Shown: piece by piece, positions 27,337-36,949 of the stretch
How positions within the stretch are numbered: the stretch's first letter is position 1
Layout: the number at the start of each line of letters is the position of its first letter
Virus record (IMG/VR): IMGVR_UViG_3300009528_000013
Location: 1-64,000 of that record
Source: a virus
DNA: 64,000 bases
Direction: 5' to 3' (one strand)
Notes under the pieces: generated by a model
The model's input: the letters and a program-made list of their open reading frames with translations, nothing else
Told to the model about the DNA's origin: nothing
The model's database searches: none
Position numbers and translations under genes: made by a program

Positions 27337-27717
27337 TCACGCGGCCATCATCAGAATTGCCCTTTGCTCCAACCCTGCTCGATGAGCTACCTCCGCAGCG
27401 AGTTCTGCGACAAATTCTTCAGTCACCAAAAATATCGCATTGGGATTGCTTTCCCGGGCGAACTTCACTGCGGCAACTTCACCAGAGACTTTCAGCACAT
27501 TCACGATGTCCTTGATCTCCCGAAAGCCGTAGCCGTCGAACTCGGTATCCCAACACTCACGCCCGCCACAAAACAGATTGAGATCACCAACGCTCATCAG
27601 CGGAGCTTCGTTGTCGTCGGAGTCCGGCCCCATCTCGACAAGCTCGACCACACCGTCTATCGCCGCACGACATCTCGAACAGAGCCAGGGGTAGTCCTTT
27701 CCTGTCAGGTATTCCAT
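27337..27717 (-). CDS. hypothetical protein
   Basis: 126 aa, GGAG RBS. Confidence 0.55.
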   Translation of the reverse strand: MEYLTGKDYPWLCSRCRAAIDGVVELVEMGPDSDDNEAPLMSVGDLNLFCGGRECWDTEFDGYGFREIKDIVNVLKVSGEVAAVKFARESNPNAIFLVTEEFVAELAAEVAHRAGLEQRAILMMAA

Positions 27718-27738
27718 TGTCTTCTCCTCTTCTTTTTT

Positions 27739-28155
27739 TTAGGAGGCATCTAACGCTTCCTCGATAGCCGTCCTGACCACCTCAGACGAGCAGGACAAAC
27801 CCGACTCGATTCCCTTCTGAACGTTGTGCCAGAAGTCTTCAGGCAAGTCCATCGTGTTCAGATCAATTCCTAACTCGTCACGGGCTGTACCCCGAACGTC
27901 ATCGCGCCCCAACATATAAACTCGATCCACGTAGTCCTGGAGACCAAGACGCTTCCATACTTCCCAATATGCTTCCTCTCTGATTCCTCCGATGGTCATC
28001 GGAGCACCATCAACCCAAATCTGTCGAGGCGCGTCTGGATAGTGATGGTTCACCAGCGCCTCGATCGCTTCCCGGAACTCCTCATAGTCACGCATTATCG
28101 AGCTCACTCCCTTCTTCTTTGCTTGCTCGTTCTTGGAGTATCTTATCGAGTTCAT
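27739..28155 (-). CDS. acidic hypothetical protein
   Basis: Likely start MRDYEEF. Confidence 0.55.
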   Translation of the reverse strand: MNSIRYSKNEQAKKKGVSSIMRDYEEFREAIEALVNHHYPDAPRQIWVDGAPMTIGGIREEAYWEVWKRLGLQDYVDRVYMLGRDDVRGTARDELGIDLNTMDLPEDFWHNVQKGIESGLSCSSEVVRTAIEEALDAS

Positions 28156-28369
28156 CGGTTAAGCGGTAGGCTGCCTCCCGGATGATCGAAGCCTCCTGCG
28201 GATTCAGTTGGATCATCGCCGCAATCTTCAGATCGGCAAGCGTGCAGACCCGCTCCCAGTCCCTTCCCGTCCTGTCCATCTCCGCCTGCATGTAGTCCAG
28301 TAGTTCCTGGATTATCTTCCCCCGCTTTACCTCAGCTCGAATCCTGCGTTCTCTTCTTGAGATTTTCAT
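28088..28369 (-). CDS. hypothetical protein
   Basis: 93 aa. Confidence 0.5.
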   Translation of the reverse strand: MKISRRERRIRAEVKRGKIIQELLDYMQAEMDRTGRDWERVCTLADLKIAAMIQLNPQEASIIREAAYRLTDELDKILQERASKEEGSELDNA

Positions 28370-28414
28370 CGGAACCTCTCTGATCTCTGTCGATGAGGAC
28401 AGAGCATCAGACCT

Positions 28415-28846
28415 TTATGCCGTTTTCCAATCGTTCACCATGTTTGCCAGATCATACAAGTCGTCAGAAGTGCAGGAAAGCAAACGCATGAACTTTCTTG
28501 CTGTCTTCTGGCAAGCCTTGTGGGTACGGATTACTACACTTACTTTTGTGTACCCATATTCAGAAGCAAACTCGTCAATGTCCATCAGTCCAACCGTAGC
28601 GTCACCAAGTAGCATGGAGAGCAGGTCCATCTTCTGCGGCGCCTTGTTGGCGATGTTGTTCCAGAAGTCGAAGCGGCTACTGTGATTCGCAAAACGGAAT
28701 ATCAGAACCCAGTGTGGCCGCCAATCGTCCGACCAGGGACAAGGCTTCTCATCCAACTGCTTGGCTTGAAACTTGATACCCTCGATAGTCACCTTCGCAT
28801 CCTGTTCGTTCATCGCCCTGATCCTCCCTATAATTTGAGATCGCAC
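28415..28846 (-). CDS. hypothetical protein
   Basis: 143 aa; DIDEFASEYGY pattern recurrent in phage early proteins. Confidence 0.6.
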   Translation of the reverse strand: MRSQIIGRIRAMNEQDAKVTIEGIKFQAKQLDEKPCPWSDDWRPHWVLIFRFANHSSRFDFWNNIANKAPQKMDLLSMLLGDATVGLMDIDEFASEYGYTKVSVVIRTHKACQKTARKFMRLLSCTSDDLYDLANMVNDWKTA

Positions 28847-29063
28847 CGGCTCACGAACTTAGGTGGCACAGTTTGCACAATACCGCCTCGTAACTCAGAC
28901 GGTTACTCTCTTACCGTCAATAACCACTATCCTCTCCCCTATCTTCTTTGACTGATACGAAATCTCCATCCGGATCCCGCAACTGCTACAGTGAATCGGA
29001 GTGGCCTTCTGAATCAGCCCTATCCCATCGTCCAGCATACTTTTTAAAGACATCACTTCCCCC

Positions 29064-29480
29064 TCATGATTTATCCTTCTCGGTACCAGCAGTGCAGCCC
29101 AGATAGTCATTGATCTTCGAACATAGTCCATCCATCGCCTCGCAGGTCTCCCTCGAAATATGTTTCCCCGAGCCAATCGCATCTGTACATTGCGTCAACA
29201 CATCGAGGACCTGTATCAGCAGTTCCTTGGTCTGAATTACTTCCAGACCGGGAAGCCCCTTTAGGACTTCTTTCATTTCTTGATCCTGATCCTTTCCGGT
29301 TTCCATTCGTATCACCATCCTTTCCATCAGAGGCCATTGTAGCCCAGAAATACCTCGACCCTCGAAATCAGATCCTCCAGTGTCTCGATAGTCTTCTCCG
29401 AAGCATGCATACCCGGGCGCTCCGCATCCAGACTGCGCTCCAGTGCTTCGATGGCTCCGATCAATCGTGCCCCTGTCCAA
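29064..29480 (-). CDS. hypothetical protein
   Basis: Likely start at MVIRMETG/METGKD. Confidence 0.4.
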   Translation of the reverse strand: MDRGTIDRSHRSTGAQSGCGAPGYACFGEDYRDTGGSDFEGRGISGLQWPLMERMVIRMETGKDQDQEMKEVLKGLPGLEVIQTKELLIQVLDVLTQCTDAIGSGKHISRETCEAMDGLCSKINDYLGCTAGTEKDKS

Positions 29481-29740
29481 GCTATATCGATCTCCAAGAC
29501 TTCTCTCTTCTGTTCGATTGCCATCTGATCGTCGGACTCATCGAGAGTCCAACCGCAAGTATCGCATTCTACTTTGGAGATCGGAATCGTTCTCCCAAAG
29601 ATCATCGTCTGTCCGATAAACTTGTTGTGGAGACGACCTCCGCATCGATTGCATCCCATCGGCCATCCGAAAGAGCAATCAGGACAATTCGGATCTCCGA
29701 CCTCGTGCTCTTTTCCAAGACTCGATAATAGTTTTTTCAC
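29327..29740 (-). CDS. hypothetical Zn-finger protein
   Basis: CPDC, CNRC, CDTC; C-terminus resembles 29064..29480. Confidence 0.55.
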   Translation of the reverse strand: MKKLLSSLGKEHEVGDPNCPDCSFGWPMGCNRCGGRLHNKFIGQTMIFGRTIPISKVECDTCGWTLDESDDQMAIEQKREVLEIDIAWTGARLIGAIEALERSLDAERPGMHASEKTIETLEDLISRVEVFLGYNGL

Positions 29741-30240
29741 GACCGACTCCGAACCTCCAGCCCAAACTTCTCTCCGACCTTGGGCGTGACATCATCGAGA
29801 GATACCGCGACCTCTCCCATCCCGATATACCTTCTCCCGCAATTGATCCAATCGATTGCCTTGCAAGAAGCATCTACGATCAGATCTGCAGACGGAAGAA
29901 GCTCGGAAGCTTTGACCATCTCACACGCCAGACGTACCACCCGCTCGGTCGTAGAAATATCGTCTGCCATACGGTCACAGACGAAACCCTCCCGCCTAAT
30001 CCGACCCTCCGGTGACAACCTCTGGGACGTTGCGGATTGACTCGGATTCGGGGTCCACCAATACCCCTTCCAGGTTCCGTACTCCGCCATCCGCTGGTAG
30101 GCTTCTCTTTTATCTTGCGAAGTAGGCAACAAAGCACTATTGTACTCGAGCTTGTACTTCTTCTTCATCGGCTCCCTCCGCTTGCTTTCCGACCCTCGCA
30201 ATCTCACGCTTGATCTTGACCAGTTTACAGTGTTCCTCAA
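29737..30240 (-). CDS. hypothetical protein
   Basis: Likely start MKKKYKLEY. Confidence 0.5.
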   Translation of the reverse strand: MRNTVNWSRSSVRLRGSESKRREPMKKKYKLEYNSALLPTSQDKREAYQRMAEYGTWKGYWWTPNPSQSATSQRLSPEGRIRREGFVCDRMADDISTTERVVRLACEMVKASELLPSADLIVDASCKAIDWINCGRRYIGMGEVAVSLDDVTPKVGEKFGLEVRSRS

Positions 30241-30499
30241 CCGCCTTTCTCAACCTCTCCCTGCAGGCCGTGATGTGTTCCCGCGCGGCGTCCACCAGAT
30301 AGTCCAACGCCTCTTCCGAAGTACCGAAGCAATTATACTTCTCCTTCGAGATCCGCGCTGGTAGAGACCGCCATCCCAAGAGCTTCTCCTCCTTCGATCT
30401 TCGCCCTATGATGAAGCTCTTCTCCGTCTCCTTTTCGACCTCGACCTTGGAAAGATTGGCCCTGCCATATCTAAAACTGGCTACAAAGATCTTGCTCAT
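30137..30499 (-). CDS. hypothetical protein
   Basis: 120 aa; KVEVEKETEKS pattern. Confidence 0.55.
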   Translation of the reverse strand: MSKIFVASFRYGRANLSKVEVEKETEKSFIIGRRSKEEKLLGWRSLPARISKEKYNCFGTSEEALDYLVDAAREHITACRERLRKAVEEHCKLVKIKREIARVGKQAEGADEEEVQARVQ

Positions 30500-30682
30500 G
30501 TGTTCACCCCTTTCAAACGATTAGCAGAAGTTTTTTCGGGGCTTCCAGGACTTAGAACCTCTGCACTGCCCCCCGACCCCCGCAGGGCGGGGGTCGCCAG
30601 TCCTTCTCTGTTATCTCAGCGGTTTCATAGAACCTCCTTTCTTTGGGTTATCCACAGCTCTTCCCATTCGCATCAATCCGAT

Positions 30683-31144
30683 CTATATCTCTTCGGAGGG
30701 GTCTCCCCTTGCAAGGAGATCGTCTCCTGCCTCAGTGCGCTGGTAAGAGGCTGCAAGCGCCAAGTGTTCTAAGACCTCCGGCCTCTCGATCTTTCTCACG
30801 GCATCTGGCACGGGCTCCTGGATTGTTCTGCTGACCGAGATGTAATTCCTCTTATCGGTACGGTAGATCTGGACCTCGAGGGTTCGACCTCCGCCAAGTT
30901 CAGTTCGAGTGCCCATCAGTAAATCTGACTTGTCGGTGTCGAACCTCGCCAACTCGCCATCACCATGCCGGAATCTGTGCACCATAGGTTTCACCTCCTT
31001 ATCCTTTCTATTTCCCCTCTCGCAAAAAAACCGGGCAATCTCTTCCAACCTCGCCTTCTGGTTCTGGTTCATCCCACGTGGGATCACCACCGCTGGCAAA
31101 CTCTCGTCGAGGTTAATCTCTGCCGTGTGATAGGGGCACGGCAA
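30683..31144 (-). CDS. hypothetical protein(s)
   Basis: Internal strong RBS AGGAGGTGA before MVHRFRH suggests an internal start. Confidence 0.5.
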   Translation of the reverse strand: MPCPYHTAEINLDESLPAVVIPRGMNQNQKARLEEIARFFCERGNRKDKEVKPMVHRFRHGDGELARFDTDKSDLLMGTRTELGGGRTLEVQIYRTDKRNYISVSRTIQEPVPDAVRKIERPEVLEHLALAASYQRTEAGDDLLARGDPSEEI

Positions 31145-31367
31145 GGGATAGCCGCACTCTATCTCCGGAACATCTTTGTCCGGCTTCTTGCAGTACAGAG
31201 TCTCGGTTTTTATTCTCCCCCCGCTCCTTCTTCTCCCGATACTTCATAAGGCATAAAGGACATGTCAGCACAATGAACTCCAGACAGATCTTCCGTAACT
31301 GTTCGTCCACAGAAACAGTCCAGTGGTGCATTCATCTTCTGACATTCCGGCTCGTCGCAATGTGCAA

Positions 31368-31682
31368 TCACACCATGCGGAAACTGTTTTCCGCATTCAG
31401 GACAGTGGACCGAATCACTACCGCAGACCGGACACTTGCGGGGATTTTCGGAAGTTCGGTACCGCAGGTCCGTCCGAAGAGCTTCCCCGCCCGGGTCGGG
31501 TACCTGTTCTCGAAAGCCTCACACAGCACTTCGTAAAAGTCCGGGTCCCGATCTACAACCCCGATCAACGCTTCGAGACACGACGGCCCCAACCGGCTCA
31601 CCAATATCGAAACGACTTGTTTCAAATCGGGCTCCCCGGGAGAAAGCGTCAACCCTTCTTCCTCTTTCTCAAGATCGTCCAT
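31368..31682 (-). CDS. hypothetical protein, first gene after tandem promoters
   Basis: 104 aa, AAGGGAG RBS. Confidence 0.55.
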   Translation of the reverse strand: MDDLEKEEEGLTLSPGEPDLKQVVSILVSRLGPSCLEALIGVVDRDPDFYEVLCEAFENRYPTRAGKLFGRTCGTELPKIPASVRSAVVIRSTVLNAENSFRMV

Positions 31683-31779
31683 TTCAGTGCTCCCTTCTTC
31701 TGAAGTGATCGTTGCAAGCTTCTGTCTCCAAGTTGGAAGCCGGACTACAGCCCGCGGCCTCCGATTGATTTATGCCTTT

Positions 31780-31808
31780 AATATAAGGATATATGTCCAC
31801 AAAATCAA
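31780..31808 (-). promoter_or_regulatory. sigma70 promoter (downstream member of tandem pair)
   Basis: Minus strand TTGATT-17 nt-TATATT. Confidence 0.6.
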
Positions 31809-31827
31809 GTACTTTCTTTTCCTTTAT

Positions 31828-31856
31828 ATTATATTGTGCGCCAAAGACTTATGCAA
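31828..31856 (-). promoter_or_regulatory. sigma70 promoter (upstream member of tandem pair)
   Basis: Minus strand TTGCAT-17 nt-TATAAT. Confidence 0.8.
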
Positions 31857-31963
31857 AAAGCACCGGCGTAACAAGTCCAAATTCATCTGAAGCCCCTTTC
31901 TATCAGAACGATACCCGAAGACCGACGACCGAACAATCCCGGCCGCCGGCCTTCCTCGACGGT

Positions 31964-32416
31964 CTATTCGACAGGCACCGGCATCACGATCCCGTAGCTT
32001 CGCCCCGTGATCTTTAGATGACTGACGTTCAGATCGTCCCTCAGATTCGAGTACCGATCCTTGAGGTATCTGAGCGCAAACCATCTGACCTGCATGTGGT
32101 GTACCCAGTCGCCGTCAACTACAACGTCTACGCTGAAATCGGCCCGGTAGTCCACCGTCTCGATGTGAACAATCTTTCGTAGCTCGGGCATCGGTCTTGC
32201 TTTCATGTCTGGCAATGGCATCTTCGGTCTCCCTTCCTTCAGGCCTATAGTCGGCATTGTTCTTTCCTCCTGGTCGGTTCGGGAACTGGAAGCCAGCCCT
32301 CGGTGCAATGAGGACACGGCTGCCAGTCGATCGCACCGGACTTCTTCTTTCCGGCAGCGACCTCGTTCGTTCCGTCGCAGACCGTGCAGATCAACGCTTC
32401 CCATCCGTGATCCCAT
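31964..32416 (-). CDS. hypothetical protein
   Basis: Real start probably MPTIG or MPLPDM (C-terminal ~95 aa). Confidence 0.45.
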   Translation of the reverse strand: MGSRMGSVDLHGLRRNERGRCRKEEVRCDRLAAVSSLHRGLASSSRTDQEERTMPTIGLKEGRPKMPLPDMKARPMPELRKIVHIETVDYRADFSVDVVVDGDWVHHMQVRWFALRYLKDRYSNLRDDLNVSHLKITGRSYGIVMPVPVE

Positions 32417-32655
32417 GAGATATGGTTTCGGAGAGGTGCATGGATGTGAACGCAGACCCGGGTGAAGTTGATGATACGGAATCCTCGTTGCTGCAAGAGC
32501 CCGAGGAATGCGGACAGACTTCGACCGGACTTTCTACCGATCTGGATCTCCGAGTCGAAGTCTCCGGTAAGCTGAACCTTGAAGCCGTCTTCCTTTGCGG
32601 CTTTGCTGAGATACTGTCTTGCTGTCACGTTCAATTCAATCGCCTCCTTTCCCAA
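32245..32655 (-). CDS. hypothetical Zn-finger protein
   Basis: CTVC...CPHC; GGAG RBS. Confidence 0.5.
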   Translation of the reverse strand: MGKEAIELNVTARQYLSKAAKEDGFKVQLTGDFDSEIQIGRKSGRSLSAFLGLLQQRGFRIINFTRVCVHIHAPLRNHISWDHGWEALICTVCDGTNEVAAGKKKSGAIDWQPCPHCTEGWLPVPEPTRRKEQCRL

Positions 32656-32811
32656 ATCTACTTTACTGATCCCGCCTCTCGCAATCGGAGTACCCGAGCT
32701 TTCTCCTGGAGGTACTCGAGTTGAGATGCGGTGACTCTTCTGACTCCCCGCTTCCCGGTGTTCTTTCTCTTCGGGCCTCCAATCGACTTCAGCTTCGCAG
32801 TCGTTGCTTCA

Positions 32812-33255
32812 TCAAGCAGGTCTTCGATTTTCACAGCGAGCTATCGCCTCCTTTCCAATTACCCAGAATACAGCCGGCCGATTTCTAGCCAACCACTTTT
32901 CTGCATCTTCTGGATCTACGTGACATTCATATCCGACGAACTCTCTACCATGACTCATTACTGCCAGGTGCGCAAACATCTCCGTAACGCCCTCGTGGGA
33001 ATAGTCTGCTGCCATATCTGCCGCAAGATAGTCAGCCGGATAATCGCCTCCGTACTCACATCTCGCCAACTCCAGAAGCTCTTCCCTCGATGCACTCTCA
33101 AACCAGGGCGTCGCATCGAAAGAGACTTCGACTGCATAATCGTCGGAATGACACTCTGCCTTTATCAATCTGATCGCCTCCTCTCGGTTGTTTCTGATCT
33201 TTGGACATGAAGAGGGGCCTCGCGGTTGAGCCCCTCCCCCGCAACGGATTCCCAC
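32812..33255 (-). CDS. conserved-looking hypothetical protein
   Basis: VSFDATPWF...CEYGGDYPAD...GYECHVD..AEKWL pattern. Confidence 0.6.
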   Translation of the reverse strand: MGIRCGGGAQPRGPSSCPKIRNNREEAIRLIKAECHSDDYAVEVSFDATPWFESASREELLELARCEYGGDYPADYLAADMAADYSHEGVTEMFAHLAVMSHGREFVGYECHVDPEDAEKWLARNRPAVFWVIGKEAIARCENRRPA

Positions 33256-33271
33256 CGTCTCCTAAGTCCTT

Positions 33272-33544
33272 CTATCCGGTCGCCACACCGCACTTCTTAC
33301 AATCGGTAAAGTAGTGCTTCACGCTGGCGCCCATCGAAAGGCCGTCGAGATGCTTCGTCGTTGTTCCCTTCCAGACGAACGACATCCGCTGCTTGGCGAT
33401 CTCCCCGCAGGTTACGCAGACTGTCGGGTACTCGAGGACGATCAGCGTCCCCTCCTGAAAACCTCCATCAGGAACCAAACAGGGCGCTCTCGCCCGCCCC
33501 CGATCCGCTGCTTTCTTGATCAGCTTCAGATTTTGCGTGTTCAT
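33272..33544 (-). CDS. small Zn-finger protein
   Basis: CVTC...CKKC. Confidence 0.55.
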   Translation of the reverse strand: MNTQNLKLIKKAADRGRARAPCLVPDGGFQEGTLIVLEYPTVCVTCGEIAKQRMSFVWKGTTTKHLDGLSMGASVKHYFTDCKKCGVATG

Positions 33545-33894
33545 AGTTCCCCCCTCCTTTCCGACCTCGAGCTTTCTGGAAACTGGACCCTGAATATAAA
33601 TCCAGTACCATCGTCGGCGTTGTCGTCGTAAGTCACTCCGTCGTCGGCTTCTTCCTCTCCATCTCCCTCTTCATCCTCATCCCCACACTCTTCCCGAACA
33701 AAGTCTGCATACGGGTCAAGCTCATCGCTCAAATCCGGCAAGTCTGCACCATACCTGAAACTTCGTTCGATACCCGCAATCTCCTGAGCTAAGTCGGGCA
33801 CCGGGTTCACCTCCTTTCGAGACCGTCTTTTCACCTCACCGGAGCATTGAAACCCGATGGAAGTGAAAGCCCATATCGAATGCAACACTGACAA
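33541..33894 (-). CDS. very acidic hypothetical protein
   Basis: Likely start near VNPVPDL; D/E-rich (possible DNA mimic). Confidence 0.4.
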   Translation of the reverse strand: MSVLHSIWAFTSIGFQCSGEVKRRSRKEVNPVPDLAQEIAGIERSFRYGADLPDLSDELDPYADFVREECGDEDEEGDGEEEADDGVTYDDNADDGTGFIFRVQFPESSRSERRGEL

Positions 33895-34237
33895 GCTCCT
33901 CTTCGGACTTCGCTTCCTCTATCCGATCCTCGAATCCCCTGGACAGGCTCTCGGACCCGACAACCGCATCCACAACCCCGAGCTTCGCCCGAAGCGCTCT
34001 CTTCATCGGCTCTCGCTCTTTCTCTTTCTCTGCCCGTCGAGCATACATCTCTTTGACGTACTCGTCGATCTCCTGATGGGTCACTCCTGCTCGGGATAGC
34101 GCATACACGAGCCTCTCTTCGGCCTCGCGGCAGAGTGTTGCCGCCGAGCAGACGTGCCCCTGAATCAGACGGGCTCCTGCATCCTGAACCCGCGAGCAAG
34201 CGCCCTGCAGTACGTTCACGATGTCTTTGTTTAGCAT
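33836..34237 (-). CDS. hypothetical protein, family A paralog 1
   Basis: Start refined to MLNKDIVNVLQGAC (ATG 34237) after start-associated sequence. Confidence 0.7.
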   Translation of the reverse strand: MLNKDIVNVLQGACSRVQDAGARLIQGHVCSAATLCREAEERLVYALSRAGVTHQEIDEYVKEMYARRAEKEKEREPMKRALRAKLGVVDAVVGSESLSRGFEDRIEEAKSEEELVSVAFDMGFHFHRVSMLR

Positions 34238-34437
34238 CGGTCTACTAACCTCCTCTCGTCTGCCTCTTCTTCTATTTGCCACTTTCCACACATCGCACAG
34301 TGCCCATCTCCCAGATACTGGAAGAACGTAACTTCTCCGACGTGCCCGCAATGAATGCACCTCAGTGGTTCAAGTGTACACTCCGCATTGATCACATCCT
34401 GCACTGTATAGGATTTTCTATCCGCCACCCGGCTCAC
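34231..34437 (-). CDS. small Zn-ribbon protein
   Basis: CIHCG...CAMCG. Confidence 0.55.
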   Translation of the reverse strand: MSRVADRKSYTVQDVINAECTLEPLRCIHCGHVGEVTFFQYLGDGHCAMCGKWQIEEEADERRLVDRC

Positions 34438-34850
34438 CTCCCCCCTTTCAGAGTTTCCTTTTCCCGATCCCTGGATCTTGCCGAAAGCTGGAAACCCATG
34501 TCGAATGTAATGCCGACCAGATCCTCAACGTCCTTCGCCTCTGTTATCCGATTCTCAAACATATCGGTCAGATCCGGGGCCACTGCAAATACGACCCCGA
34601 GCTTCGTCAGCATTGCTCTCTTGAACCACCAGAGATCTTCCAGATCCTGTCGAGCGCCCAACTCTCTGATATACTCGGCGACCTCTCCTGAATCTACTTC
34701 TGGTCGGCTCCCAACGTACACAAGCCTTTCATCGGCTTCCCGACAGTTCATAGATGCAGAACGTGCGTGGCCTCGCGCTATACACTTATTCGCTTCCCAA
34801 ATCCGTGCACAAGCTCCCTGCAGTACGCCCTTGTTCTCTTTACTAAGCAT
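34434..34850 (-). CDS. hypothetical protein, family A paralog 2
   Basis: MLSKENKGVLQGACARI...CREADERL...KRAM..KLGVV...FENRI.EAK..E.LV..FDMGF aligns with 33836..34237. Confidence 0.7.
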   Translation of the reverse strand: MLSKENKGVLQGACARIWEANKCIARGHARSASMNCREADERLVYVGSRPEVDSGEVAEYIRELGARQDLEDLWWFKRAMLTKLGVVFAVAPDLTDMFENRITEAKDVEDLVGITFDMGFQLSARSRDREKETLKGGR

Positions 34851-34892
34851 CGGTCTGTCACCTCCTCTCGTTGTCGTTCTGTTTCTGTTTCA

Positions 34893-34955
34893 TCTCGCTA
34901 ACAGAGCCGGTGGCGTGCGGCCCCGTTTTCATCGTTACCGAATCATCGGGCGAGA
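34893..34955 (-). ncRNA. Type I hammerhead ribozyme HHR-A (variant core CCGAUGA); predicted cut after UUA between 34899 and 34898
   Basis: Minus strand: UCUCGC CCGAUGA UUCG-GUAA-CGAU GAA AACGGGGCCG-CACGCCAC-CGGCUCUGUU A GCGAGA; stems I, II and III all pair. Confidence 0.82.
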
Positions 34956-34957
34956 AC

Positions 34958-35284
34958 TCAGACTACGTTCGGCCAACTCAGCAGTTGTTCCTCAGTCAGC
35001 TTCCCATAATACTCGGACTTCAGCAAGCGCCACTTCTTCTCTCCGTTCACCAGCCACTGAACCTCCAGGCGAAGCTTCTGCTTTCCAAACTTCATCCGAA
35101 GATTTCGCTTCCCAAGAGGCATCTCCTTCTTCAGATGACCCCAGCGATCTATTCGCCAGCCCTCAATAAGCGGATTTAGGAGCCACTCTTTAATCCGGTT
35201 CTTCTTGCGCTCGATCTTCAGGCTATGGTCCGTTCTCGGATGTCGGTTGACTTTCTCCATCCGGCGTATCATTTCCCTGTCCAT
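34958..35284 (-). CDS. hypothetical protein, family B paralog 1
   Basis: KEWLLN...DRWGHLKK...KFGKQ..RLE.QW...SEYYGKLTEEQLLSWPNVV. Confidence 0.7.
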   Translation of the reverse strand: MDREMIRRMEKVNRHPRTDHSLKIERKKNRIKEWLLNPLIEGWRIDRWGHLKKEMPLGKRNLRMKFGKQKLRLEVQWLVNGEKKWRLLKSEYYGKLTEEQLLSWPNVV

Positions 35285-35299
35285 CGGTCTGTTCACCTC

Positions 35300-35713
35300 C
35301 TATCTCGCCATACACTCCTTCACGTAGTCGTTGACCTCGATGATATCTACTTCTTCCCGACTGATCACGTACCCGATCCTCCCCTCCGCTTCCCGGCAAC
35401 ACTGCGACGCTGTGTGTGCCCGACCCCGAATCAAACTCCGCTTCGCCTCACAGATTCCCGCACAAGCAGAATCCAGAATGCGCTTGTTCTCTTTGCTGAG
35501 CATCGGTCTGTTCACCTCCTTCGCCGCCTTATAAGATTCTTTCCACAATTCGACTATCTCATACAACTCCCCATGCGTCAGACCAAACTGTTCACGGCAA
35601 GCAGAATACGCAAAAACCATATCGCTGCCCGCTGCCCGATCCAGAAAGTCCTGGGGTGTCTCACACTCTCTCGCCAGTCTCTGTAATCTCTGAAGCTCCG
35701 GTATCTGTTTCAT
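35300..35713 (-). CDS. hypothetical protein; C-terminal 67 aa (ATG 35503) is family A paralog 3
   Basis: Internal start-associated sequence AGGAGGTGAACAGACCGATG in frame. Confidence 0.6.
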   Translation of the reverse strand: MKQIPELQRLQRLARECETPQDFLDRAAGSDMVFAYSACREQFGLTHGELYEIVELWKESYKAAKEVNRPMLSKENKRILDSACAGICEAKRSLIRGRAHTASQCCREAEGRIGYVISREEVDIIEVNDYVKECMAR

Positions 35714-35731
35714 CTTGCCACCCTTTCAAAA

Positions 35732-35944
35732 CTACGGCCCGCATCCCTCCGCCCTGTCTGCACACCCGTTGCACTGATACCCCTGTTTCACATCCTTGAG
35801 CGTCAGAACATCCTCGTCCCCGCACGTCGGACAAGGATAGATACGAGGATTATCTGAGGTCGCAGCACGCAGCGCAGACCGTCCGTCCGGGTCGGCGAAG
35901 TCAATCGCAAACTCGTCTTCGTCTCTTTCTTCGTCGTAATACAC
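35732..35944 (-). CDS. small Zn-finger hypothetical protein
   Basis: GRSALRAAT..NPR.YPCPTC...GYQC..CAD. Confidence 0.65.
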   Translation of the reverse strand: MYYDEERDEDEFAIDFADPDGRSALRAATSDNPRIYPCPTCGDEDVLTLKDVKQGYQCNGCADRAEGCGP

Positions 35945-35984
35945 GGGCTTTCACCTCCTCTTTCTTTTTCTCTCGATTCCAGAT

Positions 35985-36524
35985 CTACTCATCGGATTCC
36001 GAATCATCACACTTCCAGAATCCGTAATCCGCCCCGTCTCCAGGACTCGCCCCGAAGTAATATCCCTCCGGAGCAATGGCGTCGAGCGCATCGAATAGAC
36101 CCCGAAGGACCCAACGCTTGCTCTCTTCGTTGCCTCCGGATTCCACTATTTCTACGAATTCTAACTCACGCCCTTCGGCCTCTTCAGGCTTTACTTCGGC
36201 AAGTGCCGCGATAAACTTCGGGATCAGATCGTCGGCGAGCATCGTTCCCTCGCTGACCGTTCCCCTAATGCTGGTCTCCGGCCTCTCGATCTCTTCGACC
36301 TCGTGCTTCTCTGCGAAGTCCAGTTCCCGAATGTTCACGGCGATCCTTTTGAGATCATTCATAGGTTTCTCCAGATCTGTCCGTACTTCTCTGAGACTCG
36401 GAAGCACTTGCTCAGCGACATCCAAGGAAACCGTCCTGCTCCGCATATCGAGTTCTTCGATCAGTTCTCCGATCCGCGACTTGGCGCTTCTCAGCGTCTG
36501 TATGGTGACGACCATAGGTATCAC
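35985..36524 (-). CDS. acidic hypothetical protein
   Basis: GTVSEGT..DDLIP.F...LFDALD..APEGYYFG..PGDGADYGFW pattern. Confidence 0.65.
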   Translation of the reverse strand: MIPMVVTIQTLRSAKSRIGELIEELDMRSRTVSLDVAEQVLPSLREVRTDLEKPMNDLKRIAVNIRELDFAEKHEVEEIERPETSIRGTVSEGTMLADDLIPKFIAALAEVKPEEAEGRELEFVEIVESGGNEESKRWVLRGLFDALDAIAPEGYYFGASPGDGADYGFWKCDDSESDE

Positions 36525-36616
36525 CTCCCTTCGATCTCGTTCTCTTCTTTCATCTCACGACCCAGGCCAGTGGCGTATGACCCAGGTTTCATCCTGTCGG
36601 AATCGTCAGGTGAGAT

Positions 36617-36907
36617 CTACTTAATGAACAACTGTTCTACTCCGTAGATTCCCCAGATCTCGTGCCGGTCGTCCTTAAAAGCCGTATGCCAGAGCAATCG
36701 GCCTCGGACTTTGATCAGCATCATAAACGATGTCCCGAGTCGAGCGGAACTGAAAACTGCGTCCACGTGAGTCCAACCGAGGATGTCGAAATCTCCGCTT
36801 TCGACATCTAATTGCTTGACATCGCTGACCGTAGCGATCTGAATCTGGCTGGCGATCTTCTTGTTCAGAGTCAAGACTTCGACCTTGATAATCTGTTCTC
36901 GCTTCAT
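36617..36907 (-). CDS. hypothetical protein
   Basis: 96 aa after start-associated sequence. Confidence 0.65.
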   Translation of the reverse strand: MKREQIIKVEVLTLNKKIASQIQIATVSDVKQLDVESGDFDILGWTHVDAVFSSARLGTSFMMLIKVRGRLLWHTAFKDDRHEIWGIYGVEQLFIK

Positions 36908-36949
36908 CGGTCTGTCACCTCCCCTCCTTCGGAATCTTCAGGCGAGACT

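Noticed and set aside
30573-30640. Strong GACCCCCG/CGGGGGTC hairpin after a tiny MKPLR ORF as an attenuator
   Set aside because: No U-tract and no alternative structure evident; the ATGAAACCGCTG match to 42599 is short and may be chance
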